64,000 nucleotides of DNA. Origin: a virus. Its lineage: Duplodnaviria; Heunggongvirae; Uroviricota; Caudoviricetes. The translations under genes and the position numbers were made by a program. The stretch is taken from IMG/VR virus record IMGVR_UViG_3300024348_000010. One strand, written 5' to 3'. Below are positions 37,661 to 47,192 of the stretch, piece after piece (position 1 is the stretch's first letter; each line of letters begins with the position of its first letter). Under the pieces are notes generated by a model. It was given only the letters and a program-made list of their open reading frames with translations. It was not told where the DNA came from and did not search any database.

Positions 37661-40146
37661 CCCATGGTGTTAGTGATCGACTCGATAGGGCTGAGATAGC
37701 CTTTCTCGAACTGCACCGCATAGTCGATGTAAGTTTCCATCTTCAATTCTTTCGGTAGACCATTCGGACACGAGATAACATAGTCTTGTGTCGGATTTGG
37801 GTTTTTCAAGTATGCAAACTTAATTTTCTCACCGCTGGTAATGGATTGATATTTATTTGTAAGTTTCTTCTTCTTCAACATTTCGTTGTAGACCACAGAA
37901 CCACGAACATGGATAGGAGTCTGGCTTTGGAACCTACCACCTACCCAATATTTCTCGATGTCCTTGACACCGCGAGTGAAAGCCACGTCGTCAAACCCAA
38001 GAGATGAAAACTTTTCCTTGAAGTTGGCGACATACTTCTGAAGATCCGATTCAGATCCAGCCATGATAATCTCGAGAGACTTCTTAATGGCATCACGGCA
38101 TGCAGTCGGAGTCGAGGATCGAACCGCTTCGATGCCTGTCATCTTCAACTTCGGCTTCTCATACTCAACGCCTTCAGAGTTCCATACATTGAGAATGTAC
38201 ATCTTCTTGGCTTTCCAGATGCCTTTGTCTGCGATGTTCTCTCGCTTCATTTGCATCTTCTGAGCATATGCGTGCATATATTCGGCAAGTTCTTGATAAG
38301 AACGATCGATGAATGGTTCGATACGTTCCTTACAGATCTTGTCGATATACTGAATCACCTTCTTGGTTTCAGGCACATCATCACCGAATACATTCTTGAC
38401 GAGGTATTCGAGAGTCACATAAACCGAGTCGGTATCGGAAGCCAACACATAGTCAAAGTTTTCTGTCTTCAACAGTTTGTTGAGATAGTCGTTGAGCTTG
38501 TTCTCGATCCAACGAATGCTGAGCTGACCAGATGTGGTGATGGCTTCGGCATTGTTCACGTCAAACCAACGGAACCACTTATTACCGAGAGCACCATAAG
38601 CCGAGTTCAGCTGAATCTTCTTGGCCATCTGCATGTTATCGAGTCGTGCAATTTCCTTGACAAGACGAGGATCTTTCGTCTTCTCGTATTCCTTCTTGCA
38701 CTCGATCATCTGCTTTTTGTAACGAGTACGATCGTCATACATACGATCCATAATCGATGGCAAGAAGCCTCGTTTTTCTTTCGTATAGATACAAAGGTTG
38801 GCGGCGATAGTACAGTTCGTTTTATCAAGATAGCCACCGAACTGACTAGCGCCACCAACAAGTAGGTCGTCGATTGACACCTTATCTTTTAAGCGAGTAA
38901 CAAGCGTCTCGGGGGAGATGTTGTACTGCATGATAAGGTGGGGATAAAGGGAATTCAAATCGAACGACACAACCCATTTACTCATACCGACCTTTGGATC
39001 TTTGACATATCCGCCTACGAAGGCTCGGTCGGGTTTATTCTTATCGTTGAGAGGCACTACGATGTTTCGATCGAGTAGGTAGTTGTGAGTGATCACGTCC
39101 CACTGTTTCACGGTTGTCATAGTATCTTCATAGTTAACCTTGGCGTCATAAGCCAAAGCATAGACCAACTCGATGAGCTTCAGCTTATCTTCGAGCCTCT
39201 CAACGATCTCAACGTCACGAACGTTATATTCGATGTAACGTTGGAAGTTCCTGAGACGAAGGTCGTCGAGGTCGGTATAACCTTCGTCACGATAGTCAAT
39301 CTTACCTTCGTTCAGTTCAACTTGAGCGATGTAGTCAAGTCGGTAAGATTCCTGCTCTGTGTACGTAAACTTCCGATAAAGCTGGATGTAATCAAGGACT
39401 GCGATGCCGATAGGGGCATAGCAAATGCATTCTCGTCCACGGCTGTTAACTTTGTATTCACGGAGCATTTTCCAGGGAGAGAGACGTTCAGCGTGATCAG
39501 ATCCAAGAACTTTTCGAATCCTGTTGACAAGATATGGGATATCGAAGAACTCGATGTTCCAGCCCGTGACAACGTCAGGCGAATAGAGTGATCCGTTCCA
39601 GACTTCGAGAAAGGCGAGTAAGAGTGCAGATTCGTCTGCGCATTTGTAATATTGTACATTGTCTTGATGCTCCTTGTATTCACCGCAACCAAACGTAGTC
39701 TTCCTACCATTGCGGCCGATGGTAATCGCTGTGATTTCGTTGTCAGCTTTCTCGATATCAGGAAAGCCGCCTTCGATGCTGGTCTCGATATCGATCGAAC
39801 AAACTGAAACAAGGGCAGGATCATACTTGATCTCACCTTTATACTTGTCATAAATATACATGTAAGGCCAATCAGAGAGGCCGTAGATGTTCATGCCTGC
39901 CACGTTCTCATAACTTTGCAGAAACTCTCGTGTTTCAGACATGGAATCGAACTGCATCTTGCCGACATATTCACCTTTGAGGTTCTTATGTTCAGTTTGT
40001 GCACTTGCTTGAACGAATAAATAAGGTTTGTATTTCACAGAAAACTTGACAGGTTTGCCGTCAGATATTCCGCGAACTAAAATTTGATTTCGATGACGAG
40101 TAACATTGGTATAAAAATTCATTGGATCTCCAGTATCTGGCCGCAT
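37615..40146 (-). CDS. DNA polymerase, family B (T4 gp43-like) with 3'-5' exonuclease
   Basis: 843 aa. Exo motifs (FDIET), polymerase motif A (DxxSLYPS = DLNSLYPH), motif C (YTDTDS = ASDTDSVY). Confidence 0.9.
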   Translation of the reverse strand: MRPDTGDPMNFYTNVTRHRNQILVRGISDGKPVKFSVKYKPYLFVQASAQTEHKNLKGEYVGKMQFDSMSETREFLQSYENVAGMNIYGLSDWPYMYIYDKYKGEIKYDPALVSVCSIDIETSIEGGFPDIEKADNEITAITIGRNGRKTTFGCGEYKEHQDNVQYYKCADESALLLAFLEVWNGSLYSPDVVTGWNIEFFDIPYLVNRIRKVLGSDHAERLSPWKMLREYKVNSRGRECICYAPIGIAVLDYIQLYRKFTYTEQESYRLDYIAQVELNEGKIDYRDEGYTDLDDLRLRNFQRYIEYNVRDVEIVERLEDKLKLIELVYALAYDAKVNYEDTMTTVKQWDVITHNYLLDRNIVVPLNDKNKPDRAFVGGYVKDPKVGMSKWVVSFDLNSLYPHLIMQYNISPETLVTRLKDKVSIDDLLVGGASQFGGYLDKTNCTIAANLCIYTKEKRGFLPSIMDRMYDDRTRYKKQMIECKKEYEKTKDPRLVKEIARLDNMQMAKKIQLNSAYGALGNKWFRWFDVNNAEAITTSGQLSIRWIENKLNDYLNKLLKTENFDYVLASDTDSVYVTLEYLVKNVFGDDVPETKKVIQYIDKICKERIEPFIDRSYQELAEYMHAYAQKMQMKRENIADKGIWKAKKMYILNVWNSEGVEYEKPKLKMTGIEAVRSSTPTACRDAIKKSLEIIMAGSESDLQKYVANFKEKFSSLGFDDVAFTRGVKDIEKYWVGGRFQSQTPIHVRGSVVYNEMLKKKKLTNKYQSITSGEKIKFAYLKNPNPTQDYVISCPNGLPKELKMETYIDYAVQFEKGYLSPIESITNTMGWQAEKRATLEDWFS

Positions 40147-40199
40147 TATTAGTTATACCCTAAAACCCAAATAAAGTACATAGCAAAAGGCGATAATAA

Positions 40200-41384
40200 A
40201 TGAAATTAACTGAACATTTTTCTTTGGCAGAGATGATTGTTTCTCCTACTGCAAAAAGACTCGGACTTAGTAACACTCCAACTCCAGAACACATTGAGAA
40301 CATGCGTTACTGCTGCGAAAAGATTCTCGAACCAGTTCGTAATCACTTTGGCAAACCAGTTCAAATCAACTCGTCTTATCGTGCACCGTTGGTGAACAAG
40401 GCAGTCGGCGGTTCGAAGACATCACAGCACGTCAATGGCCAAGCGATCGACTTCGAAATTCCTGGTATTGACAACAAAGTTGTTGCGGATTGGATCGGCG
40501 ACAATCTCGAATTTGACCAAGTAATTCTTGAGTTCTATACAAAGGGCGATAAGAATTCTGGCTGGGTTCACGCTTCGATTAAGAAGGGTGGTGGCAATCG
40601 TAAGATGCGTATGATCGCTACGAAGTCGAAGGCAGGCGGAACCGTCTATACAACGGTCGCTGACTTTGATCCATCGACGACAAAGGCTGCTGGGGCTCCT
40701 TCAATTGCCACAGCGCCAAAGCAAGCGCCTCCTCAGTCGTCTCCGGCTGCTCCTTCAAAGGTATCAGGTCTTGGTCCATTAGCTGCTCTCCAAACAAAAT
40801 GCGGCATTACTGCCGACGGTAAATGGGGACCTGGCACATATAAGGCAGCAAGAGATTACTTCAAGCTGACAAATAATCAAGCAGCGCACTTCTTCGGTCA
40901 GTGTGCGCACGAGTCAGGCGGGTTTAAGGTGTTCTCCGAGAACCTGAACTACTCAGATAAGGGACTCAACGGCATCTTCAAGAAGTATTTTCCTACGATC
41001 GCTTCGACCGCAGGTTATGCTCGTAAGCCAGAAAAGATTGCTAACAAAGTGTATGCTAATCGGATGGGGAACGGATCAGAAGCCTCTGGAGATGGTTGGA
41101 AGTGGCGTGGTCGAGGCCCGATCCAACTGACCGGGAAAGACAACTATACAGCTTTTGCCGCTGACGTAAAACGTCCTGACGTCTTGACGAATCCTGATCT
41201 TGTGGTTGGTGAGTTGGCTTTTGAGTCTGCATTATGGTTCTTCCGTAAGAATGGATTGCTTGCAATTGCAGACAAAGGTGTAACCGATGCGGTGATCACT
41301 CAAATCTCGAAGAGAGTGAATGGCGGTACACACGGTCTTGACGATCGTTTAAAGAAAACAAAACAATACGCCAATTGGGGATAA
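40200..41384 (+). CDS. bifunctional endolysin: peptidase M15 domain + GH19-like lysozyme domain
   Basis: N-terminal Peptidase_M15_3 (SSYR...SQHVNGQAIDF), Ala/Pro linker, C-terminal FGQCAHESGGF...NYTAF GH19 motifs. The only plus-strand gene in the window. Confidence 0.7.
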   Translation: MKLTEHFSLAEMIVSPTAKRLGLSNTPTPEHIENMRYCCEKILEPVRNHFGKPVQINSSYRAPLVNKAVGGSKTSQHVNGQAIDFEIPGIDNKVVADWIGDNLEFDQVILEFYTKGDKNSGWVHASIKKGGGNRKMRMIATKSKAGGTVYTTVADFDPSTTKAAGAPSIATAPKQAPPQSSPAAPSKVSGLGPLAALQTKCGITADGKWGPGTYKAARDYFKLTNNQAAHFFGQCAHESGGFKVFSENLNYSDKGLNGIFKKYFPTIASTAGYARKPEKIANKVYANRMGNGSEASGDGWKWRGRGPIQLTGKDNYTAFAADVKRPDVLTNPDLVVGELAFESALWFFRKNGLLAIADKGVTDAVITQISKRVNGGTHGLDDRLKKTKQYANWG

Positions 41385-41390
41385 ATTGAA

Positions 41391-41416
41391 GGGGAGCGAA
41401 AGCTCCCCTTCTTTTT
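41391..41416 (+). terminator. rho-independent terminator
   Basis: GGGGAGC-GAA-AGCTCCCC hairpin then TTCTTTTT, between the convergent endolysin and hsp20 genes. Confidence 0.7.
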
Positions 41417-41933
41417 ACTTAGTTTTACCTTCTGCCAAGAATTCGGCAGCTTGCGACGGATACTCGGTATCTTCGTCGTCGATCTTTATCTTCTTCGGCT
41501 TCTTGTGCTCAGGAATAATAGCTTCCAAAGCAATCTTCAGAATACCATTCAGAAGAGATGCACCACGAATCTCTACGTTATCTGCGAGATTGAACGTGCG
41601 AGTGAATGGACGGTTAGCGAGTCCTTGATAAAGGAATGCTGGCCATGTCCACTCTCCATTTGACCCCTGTTCTGCAGGTTCACCAGACTGAACATTACCT
41701 TTAATGATGAGCTTATCATCTGCAAGTTCGATTTCAAGATCTTGCTTACCGAAGCCAGCAACAGCCATCTCGATAAGATACTTGCTCTCATCAATCTTCT
41801 TGATATTATATGGAGGATAGTTTTGTTGAGCGGCCTTTAAGGTCTGCTCTGTTGCTTCAGAAAGTTTCTTGACGATTGGATCAAATCCTACAAAGAAACG
41901 ATCAAAGGCTTGAGTTGAATAAAATTCTTTCAT
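41415..41933 (-). CDS. small heat-shock protein (Hsp20/alpha-crystallin)
   Basis: 172 aa. Alpha-crystallin domain (PPYNIKKIDESKYLIEMAVAGFGKQDLEIE). Confidence 0.75.
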   Translation of the reverse strand: MKEFYSTQAFDRFFVGFDPIVKKLSEATEQTLKAAQQNYPPYNIKKIDESKYLIEMAVAGFGKQDLEIELADDKLIIKGNVQSGEPAEQGSNGEWTWPAFLYQGLANRPFTRTFNLADNVEIRGASLLNGILKIALEAIIPEHKKPKKIKIDDEDTEYPSQAAEFLAEGKTK

Positions 41934-41966
41934 ATTTTGCTCCTTATTAAGCGAGATTAAAGTTTG

Positions 41967-42410
41967 TCACCCATTAGGCGTGACAGTTTTATTTATAAGA
42001 TAGAGTTGAACTCCAGCTTCTAAAAACATTTGTTTTGTGACATGCCAGTGAAAATGTTCGACGTCTTCAACTGGCTCATACGATACCACCTTCGTAATTC
42101 CCTTCTGAATGATACTCTTGGCGCATTCGCTGCACGGTAGAAGAGGACTATAAAGTGTACAGCCTTCGACAGACAGTGGCGCATTGTCGAGCGCGTTCCG
42201 TTCGGCATGAGCTACGAACAGATGCTTCGTAGGCCTATCGTTGTATCTCTCTGCAAGATCTTTTACACCACGAGGAAAGCCATTGAAACCAAGCGAGACG
42301 ATACGATTGTGCTTATCTACAATGACACAACCTACTTGTGTCCGAGGATCCTTTGACCATGTCGCAACATGGTCGGCGAGATCAAGGAATCGTGCTGCCC
42401 ACTTACTCAT
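41967..42410 (-). CDS. dCMP deaminase (cytidine/deoxycytidylate deaminase zinc-binding)
   Basis: HAERNA...PCSECA zinc-binding motifs. Confidence 0.7.
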   Translation of the reverse strand: MSKWAARFLDLADHVATWSKDPRTQVGCVIVDKHNRIVSLGFNGFPRGVKDLAERYNDRPTKHLFVAHAERNALDNAPLSVEGCTLYSPLLPCSECAKSIIQKGITKVVSYEPVEDVEHFHWHVTKQMFLEAGVQLYLINKTVTPNG

Positions 42411-42826
42411 TTGCTTTTTCCTGCCTTTAAGATCCGATCACGCAAACCAGACGAACTATAATCGTGTTTCCTGGAAAGAAACTTTACTTGAAGATCTAAA
42501 CCATATCCAGTATAATCATCACGGTGAAAATAGTCATCACCGAGGAATCGAACATCCCAATCATATCCAGTCAACAGGTTCAGTAGATCTGCTTCTGTGT
42601 CATATGGAATTATCTGATCAACATACTTACATGCCTCCAACTGAATATAACGCTCAGACAAAGCTTGAACAGGCTTGTTCTTCTCAGGACGATCGATCGT
42701 CGGATCCGATTGCAAGGCCACAACCAGACGATCACAGTTTTCCTTCGCTTCCATCAGCATAAGGACATGACCTGCATGAAACAAATCAAAACAACTTGCT
42801 ACGATACCTACGCGTTCAGATGCCAT
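42407..42826 (-). CDS. cytidylyltransferase-like nucleotidyltransferase (RfaE domain II / heptose-1-P adenylyltransferase-like)
   Basis: 139 aa. FDLFHAGHVLML (HxGH). Confidence 0.6.
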   Translation of the reverse strand: MASERVGIVASCFDLFHAGHVLMLMEAKENCDRLVVALQSDPTIDRPEKNKPVQALSERYIQLEACKYVDQIIPYDTEADLLNLLTGYDWDVRFLGDDYFHRDDYTGYGLDLQVKFLSRKHDYSSSGLRDRILKAGKSK

Positions 42827-42927
42827 TTACTAAAACTCCAATCACCATTCCTATAATGAGCAAAATTACCATATAGAGACAACCTGATCGAGTCAGACCA
42901 TCCCACATCTCTCGTTGACGAGGATGA

Positions 42928-43140
42928 TTAGTCATAATCAACACCTTCGTCTTGCTTACGACCCATATAGTGATCGTCACTCACACAATGAAACTGTGCT
43001 TGTGTTTTGGTATTGATAATGGTCTTGGCATAAGTGCCGGCAAAACTCTCGCACTGTTCCTTATCAGCCGTCTGATAAACGTCCTTGGCGATGAACTCGC
43101 CTTCTTGTGTAAACAGATATACGATCAACCAAAAACTCAT
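42928..43140 (-). CDS. hypothetical small protein
   Basis: 70 aa. Confidence 0.35.
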   Translation of the reverse strand: MSFWLIVYLFTQEGEFIAKDVYQTADKEQCESFAGTYAKTIINTKTQAQFHCVSDDHYMGRKQDEGVDYD

Positions 43141-43379
43141 TTCACTTCAACCTTTACAAGATTAGCAGGAGCAACGCAATAAAAACCTGCATCGGTATCG
43201 ACTTTAATCAGACCACCGTCATAGCAAGCCTTTGTGGTTGCCTCGACTAGAGCCCTGTCTGCATTCTCACCTTTAATCATCAGCGTAAGACCGAGTAGAA
43301 ATAGAATACCAGCCATAGTCATAAAACCACCAAAGCTGAACACGGCATTAAAAACTTTTTCAATAATCTTCATAATCAA
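43137..43379 (-). CDS. small membrane protein
   Basis: 80 aa, hydrophobic core. Confidence 0.35.
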   Translation of the reverse strand: MIMKIIEKVFNAVFSFGGFMTMAGILFLLGLTLMIKGENADRALVEATTKACYDGGLIKVDTDAGFYCVAPANLVKVEVK

Positions 43380-43861
43380 TTTCCTTTATATTGAACCCAC
43401 TTTGCATAAAGACCGACTTCACGGCCATACGCTTCGATCTCCCACGGAGAGTCAAAGTAATCATCTTCTTTGCGTTTTGCTTTCCAGATTTCACCCATCC
43501 ACTTGCTGTAGATTTTGAGGCCGCCACGTGCAGCAACTGCATGGCCAGTCTGAAGTTCGTTCTTGGCATGCTGCTTAACATGGACCATTTCGTGGCCGAG
43601 AGTTTTGATCATGTCTTTGATGTCTTGGCTCTTCAGGCCGATGGTGAACCAACGAGGATTGCGAAAACCATCTTCATCGACACATTCGCCTTCAACATCA
43701 AGGTTGTTGTAAACTTCGATGTCGAGGGTGAGGTTGCGAACCATGCGAGGATCCATGAGTTGGGCTGCAAAGAATTCTGCGGCTTCCTTGAGGAGCGCTT
43801 TCTCTTTGCGCTTGCCAATCATACCAGTGATCGTGATGTTCATGTTTTCGTCCTTCATCAT
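43376..43861 (-). CDS. putative zinc metallopeptidase (HExxH, SprT-like)
   Basis: GHEMVHVKQH motif. Conserved promoter-like element upstream. Confidence 0.45.
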   Translation of the reverse strand: MMKDENMNITITGMIGKRKEKALLKEAAEFFAAQLMDPRMVRNLTLDIEVYNNLDVEGECVDEDGFRNPRWFTIGLKSQDIKDMIKTLGHEMVHVKQHAKNELQTGHAVAARGGLKIYSKWMGEIWKAKRKEDDYFDSPWEIEAYGREVGLYAKWVQYKGN

Positions 43862-43905
43862 TATAGGTCCACCTTACCAAACTTTTGATAAAATGTACAT
43901 GCTAA
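43858..43905 (-). promoter_or_regulatory. conserved promoter-like element (full form)
   Basis: TTATAGGTCCACCTTACCAAACTTTTGATAAAATGTACATGCT, nearly identical to 34030-34080. Confidence 0.55.
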
Positions 43906-43908
43906 AAA

Positions 43909-44523
43909 TCAGCGTGAACGATAAAAAGGTCTTGGATAATCTCTTTCAGCAAGATGTGATGCATCAGGATGGACGTAGTGGAGGAATAGCTGGATTAATG
44001 AATCCATTTCGAGAGGATCTCTCCAGTGCCACTTGCCTCCATAGTTTGATCCGCCATTGAAAATGATGGCATCACCTTCATCAAGGTCGACCGGTATCGG
44101 ATTGCTCTTATCATCTGAGTCGCTAAAAAATAGCGCAGACGTTCCTTCTCCCCTCTTACACATCGTGATAGTGATGGAGTACTGGCACGCTTCGCGATCT
44201 CGATGATTTTTGAGTTCAGCTCCACGAAAATATTCTCGTGAATAGGCATACGAAGGAACCATATTATCGGTTGCCCATATTTTTTCTACGATATGTTTGC
44301 AATATAAGAGTATGCTATTATCGAGAACGTTGCCATCAACAGACTGAATGTCTCCGCCTAAGTATGGACCCGTTTCTCTCCTTCTCATATCATCGAGATG
44401 AGAGATATCGATAAAGGATTTATATAGCTCTATGATCTCAGGAGACAGAACGTTTTTAATTTTAACAAAACCATTTTTCTCAAATTCAGCTCGATAAGAA
44501 GCCATCATCGTATCATCAATCAT
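43909..44523 (-). CDS. putative 2OG-Fe(II) oxygenase (PhyH-like)
   Basis: HRDRE ... HWRD candidate metal ligands. Weak. Confidence 0.4.
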   Translation of the reverse strand: MIDDTMMASYRAEFEKNGFVKIKNVLSPEIIELYKSFIDISHLDDMRRRETGPYLGGDIQSVDGNVLDNSILLYCKHIVEKIWATDNMVPSYAYSREYFRGAELKNHRDREACQYSITITMCKRGEGTSALFFSDSDDKSNPIPVDLDEGDAIIFNGGSNYGGKWHWRDPLEMDSLIQLFLHYVHPDASHLAERDYPRPFYRSR

Positions 44524-44529
44524 ATTACC

Positions 44530-46593
44530 TCACTTACTTGTAGCTCTATAAACTCCGTCCCATTCCCAGGGTTCTTCAAACTTTAGATTCTGAATGCGTT
44601 TCTCCATCATATCGTAGTATGCATTCAGCTCTTCGTCCCAGCAACGTTTCAGATCTTTTATCAGATTGATAGCTGCATCCCATTTACCTTGACGATAGAA
44701 GTCCAAGAACTTTTTATGCAGCAATTCTCCAGCAGGATCTGCCACATCAAAAATGGTATAGATGCGAGCAGGTTCTGTCTTACCTTTCACGGCGATCAGG
44801 TCGAGTTCAACTACTTGGTATACATCCCCAACCAATTCGGCAGTTTGTGGTCCGACGACGAGTTTGACGCCATAAGGTTTGGATTGACCTTCCAGACGAG
44901 CAGCCAGATTAACGCCATCACCCAGACAAGTATAATCAAAACGCTGGCTACTGCCCATATTACCAACCACCACAGTGGCAGTGTTAATACCAAGACCCAT
45001 GCCAAAAGCGGGTATACCTTCTCTTTCAACTTCTTCATTAAATATCTCCAGGTCTTTTAGCATTTGAAATGCTGTTCGAACTGCATCTCGTGCATGTTGT
45101 TTGTTATCGAGCGGCGCATTCCAGAATGCCATCTGTGCATCACCAATATACTTATCTAATGTCCCATTGTTTTCAAGGATCGCTCTTGTCATGACCGTCA
45201 TATAACGATTCATGATTGAAGTCAAACCTTGGACATCTTCACCATAGTGTTCAGAGATTGTAGTAAATCCTCGAACGTCTGTGAACATGATTGAAAGCTC
45301 GCGAGATTCTCCGCCTAACTTCAAGAGATCTGGTTGTCTTTGCAATTTTGCTACCAGATCTGGACTCAGATATGTGCCGAACTGTTTCTTGATTTGTTGC
45401 TTCTGAAGGAATTCAGATATAAATTTCACTGTATAGATATGCATGTAAATAATTGCAATTGCGATGACGTTAAACGTGACGTCTAACAAGATTCCTTTGC
45501 TTGCGAATAAATACATAGGCAGATAAAGATATCCGCCTAAAATTAAACCTATCCAGACGATAGAGTATTTTAATCGAGAGATGATGATCAATGCCAGAGC
45601 CAAAACAAGAAGAGCAGCAAGATCTACAAGCTGTGTCCAATTCGGAATCGAAACCGAATCACCATTTATCAGAGTCTCAAGAATACTCGCCTGGAGCTGA
45701 TGGGGATACTGCGCACCTGAAGGAGTCGCTACAGGGTTACTTACACCAGCTGCAGTTACTCCGAGAATCACGATTTTACCACTCAGGACAGGCAAAGGAT
45801 CCTTGCCAATTTCGTATGACTCAAATCGATAGTTTGGATTAATAAACACGCGACCATATTCATCGGTCTTAATAGTTTCAAAAGAAGGAATTCGTAATGC
45901 TTCCACACCAGTCTCATTTATCTTTGCCTGATACGAAGGATCTCCGGCAGCAACTCTTAACATTTCTAGAGCAAATGCAGGGTAGTATTCACCCGCTGAG
46001 GTTGCGAGAAGCGGAACTCGTCGCACAACACCGTCAGGTTCAGGAAGAGTTGATGTCACTCCAACACCAGCAGCATGCTGCTGAAGCAATGCTAGATTCG
46101 ATAGGACGCATGGATATGACGGAAGAAAATCGGTTGACTGGCCATCCCCAACAACAGCCACACCTGTCCGACGAACATCGCGACTGGATGGTCGACCACA
46201 ATCCGCCGACACAGTCTGACTAAGAACAACTGGATACTTGCTTAGAGTATCAACAAGAACTCGATCAGTGCCCATCCGATCAGGCTCAGGCATAAGTACA
46301 GTGCTGCCAACAAGAGCAGCCCCTCGGCCATAAATGTTCCCAATAATTTCAGCGTGGACTTCACGCGGGAACGGCCACTGGCCATATTTTTCAATTGCTT
46401 TCTCCCCTAAATTAACGACTACAATCTGCTCAGATTGTTTTGCTTTATCGAGCATGATGTAGTCATAAAATTTAAGACGAGTCGCTTCAACTAGATATGG
46501 ATCTTGTAACTTAAAAGTAAATAGTACTGCAAATGTAAAGAGCGCCAACCACGGGCTCAGTAGAATCTTTTTCATCATGTCAGCGCTTTCCAT
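44530..46593 (-). CDS. CHASE2 sensor-domain membrane adenylate/guanylate cyclase (class III)
   Basis: 687 aa. N-terminal periplasmic CHASE2-like domain, three TM segments, C-terminal CYCc domain (FTDVRGFT, KYIGDAQMAFWNAP, GDGVNLAARLE). Confidence 0.75.
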   Translation of the reverse strand: MESADMMKKILLSPWLALFTFAVLFTFKLQDPYLVEATRLKFYDYIMLDKAKQSEQIVVVNLGEKAIEKYGQWPFPREVHAEIIGNIYGRGAALVGSTVLMPEPDRMGTDRVLVDTLSKYPVVLSQTVSADCGRPSSRDVRRTGVAVVGDGQSTDFLPSYPCVLSNLALLQQHAAGVGVTSTLPEPDGVVRRVPLLATSAGEYYPAFALEMLRVAAGDPSYQAKINETGVEALRIPSFETIKTDEYGRVFINPNYRFESYEIGKDPLPVLSGKIVILGVTAAGVSNPVATPSGAQYPHQLQASILETLINGDSVSIPNWTQLVDLAALLVLALALIIISRLKYSIVWIGLILGGYLYLPMYLFASKGILLDVTFNVIAIAIIYMHIYTVKFISEFLQKQQIKKQFGTYLSPDLVAKLQRQPDLLKLGGESRELSIMFTDVRGFTTISEHYGEDVQGLTSIMNRYMTVMTRAILENNGTLDKYIGDAQMAFWNAPLDNKQHARDAVRTAFQMLKDLEIFNEEVEREGIPAFGMGLGINTATVVVGNMGSSQRFDYTCLGDGVNLAARLEGQSKPYGVKLVVGPQTAELVGDVYQVVELDLIAVKGKTEPARIYTIFDVADPAGELLHKKFLDFYRQGKWDAAINLIKDLKRCWDEELNAYYDMMEKRIQNLKFEEPWEWDGVYRATSK

Positions 46594-47192
46594 TCTTCGG
46601 GTGTTATAACTTCTCTATTTACTAAAAGACTCTCATACAATTCAATCTCTTTTATCATATCTTCCCGTTTAAAGTATCTATTCTTTGGAAAAGGATCTAT
46701 ATTTCTATTAGTAGTATTGGTTTCAGCGCCTCGGGGTGATATCTTTGGAATATATTGAGATAGATCTTCAAATTTTATAATTCTAAAATCTCTATTTTTT
46801 ATAATATGCATATATGGACGACAGTGTTGATTAAAAATAAATCTTTCAATTTCCCACTCTCGTTGACGATCATCCCAGTTAATCAAGTCTTCAATAAGAG
46901 AAAAGTCGTCGCATTCTCCGGTGGTTTTATACTTTACTATTCGTTCATTAAATTGCTTTTCATGAAAATTAATAGCAGAATGCATACGTTCTACTGGATG
47001 CCTTAATACTACTACTTTCGGAGATTCTCCTTCTATCCAATGCGCAAATGTTTTTTGCATTGGTAGTTCTATTCCAAAATAATATGACATAGCCGTATGA
47101 CCGCACTTAGTCATAGATAAAACATTTAGATTGCCATTATCATGTATAAAAATAAACATAATTAATTCTTTACGTAGCTGTATCCAGTACAT
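46575..47192 (-). CDS. sulfotransferase-family protein
   Basis: 5'-PSB-like MTKCGHTAM and 3'-PB-like VVLRHPVERMHSAINF motifs. Confidence 0.5.
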   Translation of the reverse strand: MYWIQLRKELIMFIFIHDNGNLNVLSMTKCGHTAMSYYFGIELPMQKTFAHWIEGESPKVVVLRHPVERMHSAINFHEKQFNERIVKYKTTGECDDFSLIEDLINWDDRQREWEIERFIFNQHCRPYMHIIKNRDFRIIKFEDLSQYIPKISPRGAETNTTNRNIDPFPKNRYFKREDMIKEIELYESLLVNREVITPEEWKALT

